From assembly GCA_032718475.1 (NCBI GenBank), contig JAUCBJ010005728.1:1-48729 (forward strand): DNA of 48,729 bases, written 5' to 3'. The position numbers and the translations under genes were made by a program. Positions 23,923 through 36,800 of the stretch are shown in pieces. Each line of letters opens with the position of its first letter. The first letter of the stretch is position 1. Under the pieces are notes generated by a model. The model saw only the letters and a list, made by a program, of their open reading frames with translations, did not search any database and was not told the DNA's origin. Origin of the DNA: Nemertoderma westbladi (taxonomy: Eukaryota; Animalia; Xenacoelomorpha).

Positions 23923-26900
23923 TCAATTCCAACTCACTAGGAATTGATTCTCCCTCTTCCGCCACTTTAAGATCGGGTCTTTCCGCCGCCTTCTTGACTT
24001 CCTCGTCCCCTGGCAGCAAAATGCCACCCCACCTTGTCGTCTCCCTGCGGCAGAATGGAAACAAACCGAAAGGACAGACAAAACAGAACGGACAATAGTA
24101 ATCCTAGCCCTTTCCACCCTGTCTTCTTGTTTGACCTTCCCCTTCTCGGTATGCCTCTCAATCGGACGCGGCGTCTCCTCCGGACACTCCTCCAGACACT
24201 CCTCTGAACACTCCTCCGGACATCTCGCCGTCCACTCTTCTCTGTCCCCATACCGATACTTGCCGGGAACATCCTTGTTCCATTCCATCGTCTCCAAGTC
24301 TTCCGCGTCGAATCCATTCTCCACCACCCACTCTCTTCCTATGACTTCCCCTCCTAACTTATCTACCGACGGTATTCTTCTGGAACTATCCTCTATCCTT
24401 TCAACACGCTCCACTGTGCATGGTTCCAGATCTATAGCCAACTCCTGGTATATTTTCTTGGGCCGCTTCTCACATGGGACTTCCCCATTGCCCGTCTCTG
24501 GTTTCTTCTCTACGTCCTCAATGGTGCCTGGTAGCATGCACCCTGATGTCTCCGACACCCTGTGATGGAACCTTGGTTTTAATTGGGCCGCTAAGCGTCC
24601 ATCCGAACGGCGTGAGAATCGCCGCCGGATCCCGCTGTCTGTCTTCCCCGAAGATCATCTGTACTCTTTCGTGGGCCGTCGGGCAGTCCATTCCCACTAT
24701 GATGGATACTTTCCTGATGTCCACCTCCGGTATCGAGAAATCGATATCGTCCAGGAACCGGTATTGCTCGACCTCGATCTTAGTTGGTCTCCTGGCATTT
24801 ATATTGATCGATTCTATGATCTGTATGGGTCGATAGTCGCCCCATAGCCACATCCTGGTGCTATTGCTGATATCTCGCACCGTCCCGTCCTCATCTCCAG
24901 GACCTCATCCTTACTCGAGATAGTAGTTACCGCCATCCTACTCGACCTCGTCTGTAACCCTATCTCCTCGGCCACCCAATTCTCCACCAGCATGAAGGCT
25001 GCTCCGCTGTCGACCAGCATCAATGTTGTGACTGATCGGCCGCCCCTTCCTGTTATCTTCACTGGCACTACCCCGAGTAGTACTTTCCTCTTACTTCTTG
25101 CTCCTGTCATCGCTCGTAGCCATTGCTTGGCCTCCAGTCTCATCGTCTCCTATTGGTGATTCTCTACAATCTCCGGATCTGTGTCCTTCTACCACGCATC
25201 GATGACATAGTCCGTTTGCGTCCAGCGTAGGCTACACGATCTTGTTTAGGCAACGCTTGCCAATGCTTACAACTCATGGTCTTATGGGTTCCATCCCTAT
25301 GCAATTGACATTCGAATCCTGGATCGTAGCGTTCCCTGTATAGTCCTTCACGTATCGCGCGTAGGTTTATATCTACCGATTTAATGTTTTGGTTATTTGG
25401 ACTTGGCCTACTGGGTGTGTTGGGATTTTGTTTGTTCGTGGTGTTATTTTCTTTCTGTCCCTGCCACAGTGTGGCCCTACTCCCAGCTAACTGTGGGCTT
25501 GTAGCCCCCTGTGTGGCTGCGTGTGGTAGCGACTGTCTCACTCTCGGAAATGGATCTGCAGTGATTGTGTTCGGGTTTAGGCCTGTTGTGTTCAGTCTTC
25601 GGCGCCTTCCCCAAACTATCCTCACTGTAGACTGGGTCTGTAATCAACTCTGCTTCGTAGTTGAGGAAGTTCGACATTTCCTCTAAGCCCGGTTCCGCAC
25701 CTTTCTTCTCACGGGTGGAGAAGGCGATCTTCCTCCACTTGCTCCGTAGCCAGATCGGCAGTGCCTGCGCTATCGTGGTGATATTATTAGATACGTTGAG
25801 TTCATATGGCGCTTCTAGTGTTTTCAGCACGATTAACGCCTTCTCGACCTTGTTCGCAAAGGTCTTTATGCTAACAGGGTTATCCCTCAAGGTCTGCCGG
25901 ATGATCTTGGCTGGGTGTCCGTATTCCCTGTCTAGGGCCCGCCATGCAGTCGTGAAGCCACCCTCGACACCCTGATACTGCCTCACGATGTCGTATGTTG
26001 GGCCTCCTGTATATACCTGTAGATATTTTAGGCACTCCGCCTGCGTCAGGTTCTTAGTTAATATCTTGTTGCTGTACATGCGTCGGAATTGCAGGTATTC
26101 TTCCGGTTTGCTTCCATCGAATTTAAATGGTTCTACTGGTGGTAATTCGATTCTGGTCTTCAGCGCATCCATAAGTGTCGCCATTCCCATTGCCTGTGCT
26201 TCCAGTGGATTCGAGGGATGCTGTACAGATTCTTCTGTTGGGTGCGGTCCGCCCATAGGGCCTGTTGACTTACTCTGTCTCGGATATATCATTGGGGGTA
26301 ACGGCCCCCTCCATATCTCCGTGTCGCACGACCTGTTCTCGTCCAGGGGGTTCGATGTTCTTATTCCTGTTTGAGTGTATTGTTGATATTGTAATGGGGG
26401 AATGTCACCCTGCCCCCCCCCCCCCCCCCCCACCCCACCGGTATTATGTTTGGTACTGGGGTTGATGTTAATATATTGGGGCCCATACACCTATCCGCAA
26501 TAACTCTCCCCTCCCCTGGATATATGTTATGTCCCTACATATTATAGTCATGCTTCTGTGCTGGTACCGATATAGGCCTATCCACTTCTTGCCTACCTAC
26601 CGGTATATACGCGGCGACTTCCGGATCTAATCCCGTCATTCGCGCTACCCTATCACCTACACTATCTCTCCCAGCATGGCCTATAGTATGTGCAGTAAGG
26701 CCTACAGTATGTCCTGCAGTCTGCATGTGCCCTTCCGGACCGAAGTTTAATCTTCTCGAATAATTCAAGAAGTCCTCCCCGCGACTACCGTACTCTCGAT
26801 CAGCAGCTATATCCCGTCGGGAAGTTTCCCTTCGATCCCCTCTCCTGTTCTCGTCCTCGTATCGTACGTTCTGTACCCTTCTTCTGGTGTGCGGTGCGTC

Positions 26901-27128
26901 TCTCCGGTGCGACGGCAATCTCCCGGAGTTCGACCCCACTGACTCCCTAACTCCATCTCTCCCACTCTACTACCGACGGTTCACTGTCCGTCCTTGCTCT
27001 CCAGTTGCTCGTAGCAACGATTCTTCTATTCTCTTCACTTCTTCTCTCTTCGACCTCCCGGTTAAACTCTACCATTCTTCTTCTCTCTTCCGACTGACGT
27101 CTTCTCGCTCGCCCACTCTCGGCACTAA
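23923..27128 (-). pseudogene. gag: Gag core and aspartic protease of element B (frameshifted)
   Basis: LPPVEPFKFDGSKPEEYLQF...LKYLQVYTGG...LDREYGHP, ALPIWLRSKW; protease VVPVKITG...LVDSGAAF, IIVGMD, TPFGWTLSGP. Confidence 0.88.
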
Positions 27129-27392
27129 CTGTATAAAATGGATAAATTCAAAATATATGGGCGTTTTATTTTCCTTATCTAAATATAATTGCACATCTTT
27201 ATGGCTTATCTAAATAATTATACTGTATGACGGCTAATATATTATACTGTATAACGGCTAATATATTATACTGTATAATATATTAGCCGTCATACAGTAT
27301 AATTATTTAGATAAGCCATAAAGACGCGCAATTATATTTAGATAAGGAAAATAAAACGCCCATATATTTTGAATTTATCCATTTTATACAGT
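27128..27392. repeat. Fold-back palindrome at the 5' end of element C
   Basis: 27128-27271 is the reverse complement of 27273-27392 plus one extra 24 bp unit; centre at 27272. Confidence 0.92.
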
Positions 27393-29263
27393 ATGTAGCC
27401 CTACGTACATAGTTTTGTAATAAAACATAAATAAATGGCTTTATGGTAGCAAGTTTCCTATAAAAACCTTGATGCAAGCTTGCTGTTATTGATTTCATTG
27501 TATTTGTCTTTTAAATTAGCTTTATATTAGATTGTGCTTAGTGTACTTTAAATATCGCGAAATTAATGTTAGGGCCAGCATCCAGGGACGCAATCCTAAC
27601 CATTCAGCAGCCAGGGACGTGATCCATTACCATATATGGTAATAAATTGCGATTTGGAAGCCCTGAGGTTCACAATTCGGCTTCCTTATTGGCCCAGCTG
27701 TTCCAGGTTGGTCTGATGGTGGGGCGGATTGGGGAACCAATGAGAGGAATATTGCGTCATCCCTGTTGCATCACCTATAAATTGGCTGTATTTCCGGTAT
27801 GTGCATCTTAATATCTCAATTGTTACAGCAGTACCAGTGGCAGTATTGTAGTTTTGTTTCTGGTTAATTGTTAATCTTTCGTCTATCTTTCTGTATTTCT
27901 CAATCAATTACTGCAAATTACAACTTTGAATTATGATTTCTACTTTGGATTATTAATTCCTACGTGATTTAAGATGTGATAATCCCACGGGATTTCTTTA
28001 GACTGTCAGACTGTTTATGATTGCATGCGCCGCTACAGTGGCTATTCATTCTATGTTCTAATGGAGGGCTAAGGTACCGGTAGGCGGGCGCACTGGGAGG
28101 AAGCGACGGAAGGGAGTGCAGAGGATCCAAAGCGGGGCGATGCTGGCGGGGGCCACCGTTGCGGTCGGAGCTAGTCAGTTGAGGACCGGGGACCAGCCGC
28201 TGTTACAGTATTAGGGGGCTGACGATCCAGATTTCCGTCCCTACTTTGTAGTTTTAGGGGGGCAGAATTTGGGTTTAGTTAGGAGTCCCATGTGTGGCTT
28301 TGGGTGACCTGTGGTTCTTACACTGACTGACTGATTGACTGATTGGATGACTAATACTGGTATACTGATGTACTAATGTATGGGTATTTAGTGCACTAGC
28401 TGATTGGTGTAGTTAGCGCTATCTGCCGTACTACTAACTTAGTGCTACGCTATTTGTGTTGTGTTGCTAAAGAGTGCCTGATTCTTAAATGTGAATGCTT
28501 AGATAGGCGCCTTTCCCTTTGATTGATTTCCATTTCTTAGTTTATGCTTATTAATTGCTAATTAGGTCAAAATAATACCGTATTTAGACTGTTGCTAGTA
28601 TAAGCCCCAGTACGTAAAAAATTAGAAGTACGTATTCTGGAATATCTAGTAATTAGTACGCGAATTTGTATTTATGACTGTAATTAATTTAGCGATAAAA
28701 TAAAATAAGAATTTGTACGCAGCATAGCGGAGAGCAGTTTAAGTAATTGTTTTAGAATACTGTAGACTATTCACGCTAGGCGGTTATTTGAAAATAGCGG
28801 GGCAACGGGCTGACAGCAGTGTCCAGTATACAGTACAGCAGTAGTAAGTTTGCTGATTTAAAACCAGCCAAAGGCCAAGTTTCAGCACCTAGGAAAGTAA
28901 CAGATCTATCCCCCTTAATATTAAAACATTCTCACAAATTGTTCTGCCAGTGAATTCCAGTATTTTGCGATAAGTGAACTCCGAGTGCTAGGTCACCCGC
29001 ACTCGTTTTAAGTAGTTTAGGGAACCGATTCGGGTTTATTGTTTTGGTTATTCCCGCGTGGCTCATAGATTCGAACAGTTAGCTCTCTGTTGAGCGATCA
29101 ACAGAGAAAGGAACAAGCGATTTGCAGGAGCCGTATAAAATTAGTAAAATATATTAGCGGACTGCCAGGTTAGCGCCATCCAGCAGTGAGAAGCAGTTTT
29201 GTGTTTAGCAGCAGTGCTGCAGTGCGGCAGTAATAACGCGCTCCTGATCACCCCTGTTTAACA
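27273..29263 (+). repeat. 5' LTR of element C (start replaced by an inversion)
   Basis: Direct repeat of about 42560-44548, identity ends at CCCCTGTTTAACA. Confidence 0.93.
27721..27781 (+). promoter_or_regulatory. Putative LTR promoter of element C
   Basis: GC box GGGGCGG (27721), CCAAT (27737), TATAAA (27776); conserved in the 3' LTR at about 43010-43070. Confidence 0.5.
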
Positions 29264-29273
29264 GTAAGAACCA
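29264..29273 (+). other. Non-tRNA primer-binding site candidate of element C (GTAAGAACCA)
   Basis: Immediately follows the LTR end; exact reverse complement of TGGTTCTTAC at 28312-28321 in the LTR. Confidence 0.6.
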
Positions 29274-30186
29274 TTTTTTTACGTTTATTTTTTACTGTTG
29301 CTTTGCAACAGTGAGAAGTAACATTTGTTCACTAATCGCGAAATACAGCAATTCATTTGGGCCATTAGGGTAAATTGTAAATTAGTAAGTTTTTGAAAAT
29401 TTTAGCTAGGTTTGTGAGAATTCAGTTTCGACCAAAATTTATATAATAAAATCTAGAGTTTTTGTACTGGTATGTTGGATAACCGCTTAATTATTTTATA
29501 CCATCTGGAGATACATGGCGAGACGGTGCTTCTGAGTTTGGGGTTTGTGTGGGCCTGCGGGTTCGGTTTGCAATCAGCGAAAAGACTGAAACTTTGGACA
29601 CAGACGTGGAATCTCACAGCAAACAAGGTTAGTTGTTCTGTTGGCACTATAGTATTTGTGGAAGCAGTAAAAAATTACCGGTTATTTAACTGCGAAGCTG
29701 AACTCAATTTATTAGTTAGGTTAGTTAGGTTTAGCCAGCCATGGTGTTTTGGATTGCTCAGTTAGAGAGAGAGAGAGAGAGAGAGAGTCGCAACCCGAAG
29801 GTGTAGCCACGCGCTAGTGGATATAGAAATAATATTTAAAAATAAAATTACATTGATTTTGAGCTATATATATATAAAGTTAGAAATATTTGGGTGGCAA
29901 ATTCATTTTTGAATATTTTGAATTAGATTCAGAAATTATTTTTGCGTCATACCGGTATTTAAATGCTATATAATAGCTATATAATAATATTTTTGTTTAA
30001 ATATTATACCGGTATTTGCTATAACTATATATCATTAAATTCACAATATTATATTGCGAATTTATTTTGACATTTGAGACCAAATAATTTATTTGGTACA
30101 TAATTTAATTGTATTTTCGATTAAATTAATACATCTCGAATTTTGTGAGATTTTAGCCGGAAGGCAAATAATTATATACTTAGACA

Positions 30187-33100
30187 ATGAGTGTCTCAGA
30201 CAAGGAGGCACTAGAGGACAGCTATGAGACGGCGGCCGGACCGCCGACTGATAACAGTGTAGACATAACTGTCGATGACAATGCTGACTATGACGATGCA
30301 GCGAGTGACGCTGACGTAAGTGAACAGGAGGACGAGACAGTAACTAGTGAGGAAGAACAACAACCTCAGGTAATAGTATTAGGATCCCCTACCACTACTG
30401 TAAGGAAGGATTGTACAGCAGCCCGACCAGAGGTGAGTGATAAGGAGGGTAGAGTAGCAGAAGCGAGAGCCCGGAGCCCGGTTTCCAGACCTGTGGGTAT
30501 GGTAAGTGCCGTGGCCCCAGCGGCTATAAGGAGTACCCGTAGTTCCCGAAATAATCCTTCAAGTCCACCAAGTGTGAGTCAGGTAAGCGAACAGCAACTG
30601 GACATCGCGATAAAGAAGAAACTTCGCGCGCATGCCGGACATATAACTCGGACGACGGATAAGGTAAGGAAGATGCTAGCCGACTCTGGTAACATCGGAA
30701 TGGAAGGGTTAGTAGAGATTAGAAAGGGATATAACTCAGCATTATTCAAGCAGACGGAGGAGCTTGCAGTCCTACCAAAGAGAGCAGTGGAGTCCCAGTC
30801 GAGCGACGTGGCGACGAGGGTTTACGACAGGGTTTTAGCAGCCTTGTTGGAGCGTTATCGGAGCGATTTCGGCGAGTTAGGACGGAGAACTGGTTGCTAT
30901 TGGCATCACAAGCGCAGGCGACTCAGGTGAGTGACGCAGAGTCAAGATCCTTAGTGGAGCGGGAAGAGACGCAGGATAAAGAAGAGCGCCATTATCAATG
31001 GGAAGTTACCAGCTGGCTGATGCAGAGTGGTGTGGTGGTACCGGGCCAGGTGCTACCAACGACGGACAACATCCAACAGAGAACGTTAACTCCACCCGAC
31101 GACGCATCTAGAGACAGTGGCGATTCCCAGGTTAGTCACGTGCGAGGGAAGGTTATATGTGCTAGATCCCTTGTTTCTCACAACTCGGTGGAGGAGAGAA
31201 GATGCCGACTAGATGAACAGCAGGCAGAAGTTTTGCGTGCATCGGAAGCACGGAAGGAAGCCGAGCGGGAGCGGGAGCGCACACGTAAGTTAGACGCAAA
31301 GTTGCGAGAGTTGGAAGACAAAGGTAAGCGTGAGCAAGCCGAACGCGAACAGGAAGAACGAGAACTCCAACTCGAACGCGAACTCCAACTCGAACACGAA
31401 CGCGAAGAACGCAAACTCCAACTCGAATGTGAACGGGAAGCCAAGGAACGCGAACAAAGGAGACGCGAACTCCAACTCGAACGCGAGCGCAAGGAGTGCG
31501 AACTTGAGTGCGAGAAGGAGCGAAGGGCGTTGTATGAAGAGAAGGCGCGTGTGGAAGAAGAGAGCGCAGCGAGACGAGCGAGGGAAGAAGAAGAACGTAA
31601 ACTGGTGCAGTTGGAAAGTGCGAGAGTAAACTTAGAGAGCGAAGAACGGACCAGGAAGGCGAATGAAATTGCCGAGAAGGGGATGCGAATGATCGAAGAA
31701 TGTGGGGCGAGTGTAGGTACTGAGTTGCGAGAACTGTTCGCATTGCAGAAGGCCGAACAGGAAGCGAGAACTCCGACTACACGCGAGTCGACGACGACCA
31801 GAATTCCTATACCTGGTCCAGCTATTACGAGTACTCGGATCGCTAAACAGTTCTCTACATATCGCACATTAGTGCTTCACCCATCGCGCAGAATCCGCGT
31901 CACCAGGTCACCGCACCACTACATACCGAACGAGACGATGAGGAGTTTAGAGAAACTCCGACAGGGCGAGTATTTGGCGAACTGAACCCGCGGGTTTGGA
32001 ATACGTGGACGGAGCGCCGACCCAGTTTGACGGAGAACTTCCTGGTTAAACCGGAAGAGGGATCATATGAGAGACAGCGGATTACTCAGATAGAGACGAC
32101 TATACAACAGAACCCTAGCCAGGAATTTATTACGAGGGATGAGTTAAGTGCTAGTTTAGCGCAAGCTATATCGCCGCACATCCAACCTATAACGGACATG
32201 CTTAGTAACCTACGGTTAAAGGAAGCAGCCCAGGTAAGAAGTAATTCAAATCCTAGCAGGCCTGAGTTAGATAAAGTCCAACCTAGTCAACAAGTACGCA
32301 TATCGGAGGCAACTATACCACATAGACCTCAGGTAAGGACGCCTGTCCTGACTATCCATAATCCCGATTTCGAAAACTCGGCCGAGAAGTTTATACAAGA
32401 GGCTTGGGTCAGGGCTTCGGCACGCAAACCAACGCGAGCGCTGAGGACTGATACTGACTCAACCAATGAAGAGAAAGACATGAGACGTCAGAAGTCCCGA
32501 AACTATAAGGAAAGAAGGACCGACGCGGAGCAGGTAAGTTTTAATCCCCGGGAAAGGACCAGACTTAATAACCCTGCAGAACTAAACCATTTGTTAACCC
32601 GGAACGACGCAACCCTTAGAGACATAGGTAAGTTTGCTGCTAGGCAAGGACTGCTGACGCAACAACCCCAGAAGTTTATGGGCAACCACAAACATTGGAG
32701 GACGTTCAAAACCTATGTCGACGAACAACTGACCAACAGCACCTTTACTCCCAAGGAGAAGTTCAACTATTTGCTTCAAATGCTCCATCGAGAACCTAGA
32801 GCCATTGCTGACATCTTCGTCGGCAATGAAAGAGCATTTGAGTTGGCAATGAAGACGCTTAGCAACATTTACGGGAATAAAACCAAGATGGCACAGTCGA
32901 TAGTGGAAGACTTGGGGAAGGGCAGAAGGATTACAACTCCGTTAGAGCTGTTGAACTTAGCGAATGCTATTTCGAACGCATTGGATATCTTGATGACGGT
33001 GAATCTACCTCATCATGGTGATCACGCCGAAGTTTTGAAGAGCGTAATTAGACGTTTAAACATGCGTTACAGACAGAAATGGCGCAAATTAGAGAATAAG

Positions 33101-33620
33101 TTGGAGGGTCAAGGTAAGGTGTTGACACTTCAACATATTCATGACATGATAGCCACAGACGCAGTAGCAGAGATGAAATCAAATTTCTCAGAGGAGAATA
33201 TGAGAGAGTCTAAACCTGTTGTTACCGGTAAGTCTATGGTAAGTTTTGACGATGACAGGACCACTGTGACATTTAACTCAGTAGACAGATATAATTCGAG
33301 TACCCCAGCCTTTAGATCAGACTCGCGCGTATGGTCAGGTGAGCGGTTAGATAGACCTAGGTTGAAGCAACAGGAGGATTTGTAGGTTGCCAATTCTGCT
33401 TACTAAAGGAGGTAAGATCTGACGACCATAAGTTAGATAGTTGCAGACGGTTCAAAGAATTAACTTCGGAACAGAGAAGAGTTCAAGTGCGGACGTTGGA
33501 CACCTGTTGAGCATGTCTTGCGCCAGGTCATGTACGGCGGCAGTGCCCGAACAGCAAAGATAGATGCATGGAATGCGGCAGACTACATCACAAATTGCTA
33601 CATGCGGATTTCCATACTCC
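30187..33620 (+). pseudogene. gag: Gag of element C (acidic N-terminus, ERE-rich coiled coil, capsid-like domain, three Cys-His motifs), frameshifted
   Basis: ORFs 30187-30930, 30894-31985 and 32027-33385 (KFMGNHKHWRTF...EKFNYLLQML...IYGN); then CQFC..H..C, C*AC..GH..C and CMECGRLHHKLLH at about 33390-33603. Confidence 0.9.
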
Positions 33621-33839
33621 AACGGACCATTACTTACAGCGAAATCCTCAAAGGAAAGGGAGCAGAGAACCCGTATCAACAAGGAGAAATACGTACACCG
33701 GCATTCAAGACGATGGTTATCAACCAGGTTCGTCGGACGAGGATGGCGAGTTGAGCGTGAGAGAGGTGACCTGCCAAGGTTTCACCGCGGATAGTTCATC
33801 GACCAGCGCGCGGACATATTTATCATCGGCCACGTCGGA

Positions 33840-36800
33840 AATATTTAGCGTGATTCCGGTGAAACTTACTGGCGATAAGGGATCTAAGCGAATATATGTG
33901 ATGTTGGACACTACGTCCACATTATCTTATATCGACGAGGAAGTGGCCAGAGCCGTTTCTAGCTTCCAGGACGCAGAGGAAATCCAAATAGAGTTAAAGT
34001 CTATGCACGGGGTAGGAGACCTCAAGGGACACAGAATTTCGGTAGAACTAGACTCCCTACTTCCGAGATACCAGCACACTCGACAAGAACGGAGAGCTTT
34101 GCCATTAGATGGATTTAAGTGTCTAGCTATGAAGGGATTCGGCAGGCAGTTAGGTAAGGTGCCGCCGATGAGTCCCATAGCACAGGAGTATTTTGATAAA
34201 CTCAGAGTACCGAGACACTAGGTAGGTTATAGGAATGTTTCTATGTTGATTGGTGCAGAACAGCTGATCGCACACCAAATATGGGAAACGAGACCAGCTG
34301 AGCCGCATGTAAATGGACCATATGCCCATACGACTATATTAGGTTGGTATACACGAGTACCCATGTCTTATGAGTTTACAGGTGGCGACAAGCCAATGGA
34401 TAGATACGACGGATTAAAGCCTATAACTGAAACACCGTTAGTAGAACCACCAGACATAGACGAGTTTAGGAGAACCTGTATTGACCATTATAGTGACGTT
34501 AGCGAGTCGGACGAGGAGTTGATTCCCGATAATGTTAGATTGTCGGAACCACTTCACAATGACCGGACAGATAGCGAACCCGAGGACTACTGTTATCAGA
34601 CCCGTGGGTCTGGTTCAGCGGCCCACGCTACTTATCTGAGCAACGTTTTGACTTATACCGACATAGTGGAGGGTCAAGTGGCTAGATATCGAGACCTTGA
34701 CATTTTCCAATACAGTGAGGAGGAGCTACAGAAGGAATTGATACGCCAGGACCTCAAGACAGGAGCCAGAACCGTCAAATGGCTGGATAGGGACGCAATG
34801 GAACCCAGTGGATATGACCTAGCCATGTCTGCTGATGAGAAACGGTTGCTAGAGATGATGGAAGGCACCATACGTCTGCTACCGACTGGACATTTTGAAG
34901 TTGGAATGTTGTGGCGTCGACAACCTCCTAAGTTGGAGAACAACTACAACTTAGCCTTGAAAAGATTGAACGGAGTAAGCGCTCGGTTGTTGAAGAATCC
35001 AGACATTAGGGAGAAGTATTGCACCCAGATCAACAACTATTTCGATAAGGGATTTGCTGGGAAGGTAGAGGACCCTGACTTAGTGACAGACCAGACTTAT
35101 TACCTCCCACACCACTATGTGTCTCACCCTGACAAGCCTGACAAAGTCCGAGTAGTCAACGACTGCGCAGCAGTCTACAGAGGTATGTCCCTGAATTCAG
35201 AATTGATGGATGGTCCCAACCTGAACAATTATTTGATAGGAATACTGTTGCGTTTTAGACAGCGGCGATTCGCATTTACTTGTGACATCGAGGCGATGTT
35301 CCACCAGGTAAGAGCCTGTAAGGAAGACCAGGATAGCCTTCGATTTCTCTGGTTTGAGAATGAAGACTTATCCGGCCCAGTGGTTACATACCAAATGTAC
35401 GTTAGGATATTTGGCACCCGCGATAGTCCAAACGGCACGCTGTTTGTTCTAAAGAAAATGGCAACAGCCCAGATTGGTAAGTATCCAGTAGAGGTTATCG
35501 AGTCCATCTTGAGAAACTTCTACATGGACGACGGATTGGTGTCCAAGGACACAGCGGAACAAGCCATAGAAGTGCCTACAGAAGTACGGCCTACAGAAGT
35601 GCTTGGCTACAGGGGGTTTTCCTCTAACCAAGTTCACTACGAACTCGGAGGCCCTATTAGAGTCGTTCCTGGTAAAAGATCGCGGGAGCGGAGACATAGA
35701 ATTAGGGGTAGAACCCATCCCCATGGCGCGAGTACTGGGACTCGCTTGGAACCCGAACACGGACAAGTTCCAGGTAAGAGTTAGATTTGAGCCCAGTAGC
35801 CCAGACAAAGTTTTGACAAAGAGAATTTGCTTATCGACATTGAGTAGACTATTTGACCCGATGAACTTTATCAGTCCGGTAATATTACAGGCACGAGCGT
35901 GCATGAGGAAAATTTGGTTGTCCGACCTAGAGTGGGACGAACCAATATCTCCTATACATACAAAGCAGTGGAGAGAGTGGGAAGCCGAGTTGCATGTATT
36001 GAAAAATATAGATGTACCCCGCTCCTACTTTCCGAATCAGCTGGTATTTCCAGCTGATCTCGAACTGCACCTATTTAGTGACGCAAGTGACACCAGCTTT
36101 GGTATGGTAGCCTACCTTCGCCGAGAGGTAAGTCAAGACAAGTTTGAGACGGCTTTTGTGACTTCTAGATCAATGACAATGCCGGTCAAATACATGACTG
36201 TCCCTCGTGCAGAGTTGCAGGCGGCAGTAGTTTCAGTCGAGGTAAGTAAGCAGGTAACAGAGGAGTTAGACACATCATTGACCTTATTCTATTGGACGGA
36301 CGCATCCTTAGTGTTAGTATACATTGCAGCCAACGATATTGCACTAAAGACATTTGTGGCCAACAGACGCGCTCAGATCGTCGACTTTTCGACGAAGGAA
36401 CAATGGAGACATTGTCCGGGAGTGTTAAACCCAGCCGACATAACTTCGAGAGGTGCAATGCCGGCGGAATTCTGTCAGAAAGAGTCCCAGGAGTTTTGGT
36501 TGCATGGACCTGATTTTCTAACGAGGACACAGGAACATTGGCCAGAGCGACTGAAGATAGTGACCAATCCGATGCCAGAGGATGCAGAAGTCAAAGTGGA
36601 GAAAGTCTCTAAGTCAAAGTCGAAAGCCAAACTCAAGTCATTGGAGCGGCCTGAAGAGTCATTGGAGCGGCCTGAAGAGTTATTGGAACGGCCCGGAGAC
36701 CTGTCAGACCAACAGACTTACGTGACTACTAGGTCCGGAAGGGTAAGTTATGACATAAAACCACCCTTACAGACTAAACCAGAGTCACAATTGGTAAGTG

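Noticed and set aside
29511-29530. ACA-TGGCGAG resembling an LTR end plus a tRNA-Arg PBS
   Set aside because: LTR-LTR identity ends at 29263/44548, where the target-site bases and B gag resume; this site is about 250 nt downstream and the resemblance is only about 7 nt.
31162-31867. Long antisense ORFs opposite gag and pol
   Set aside because: Shadow frames of repetitive or coding sequence on the other strand.
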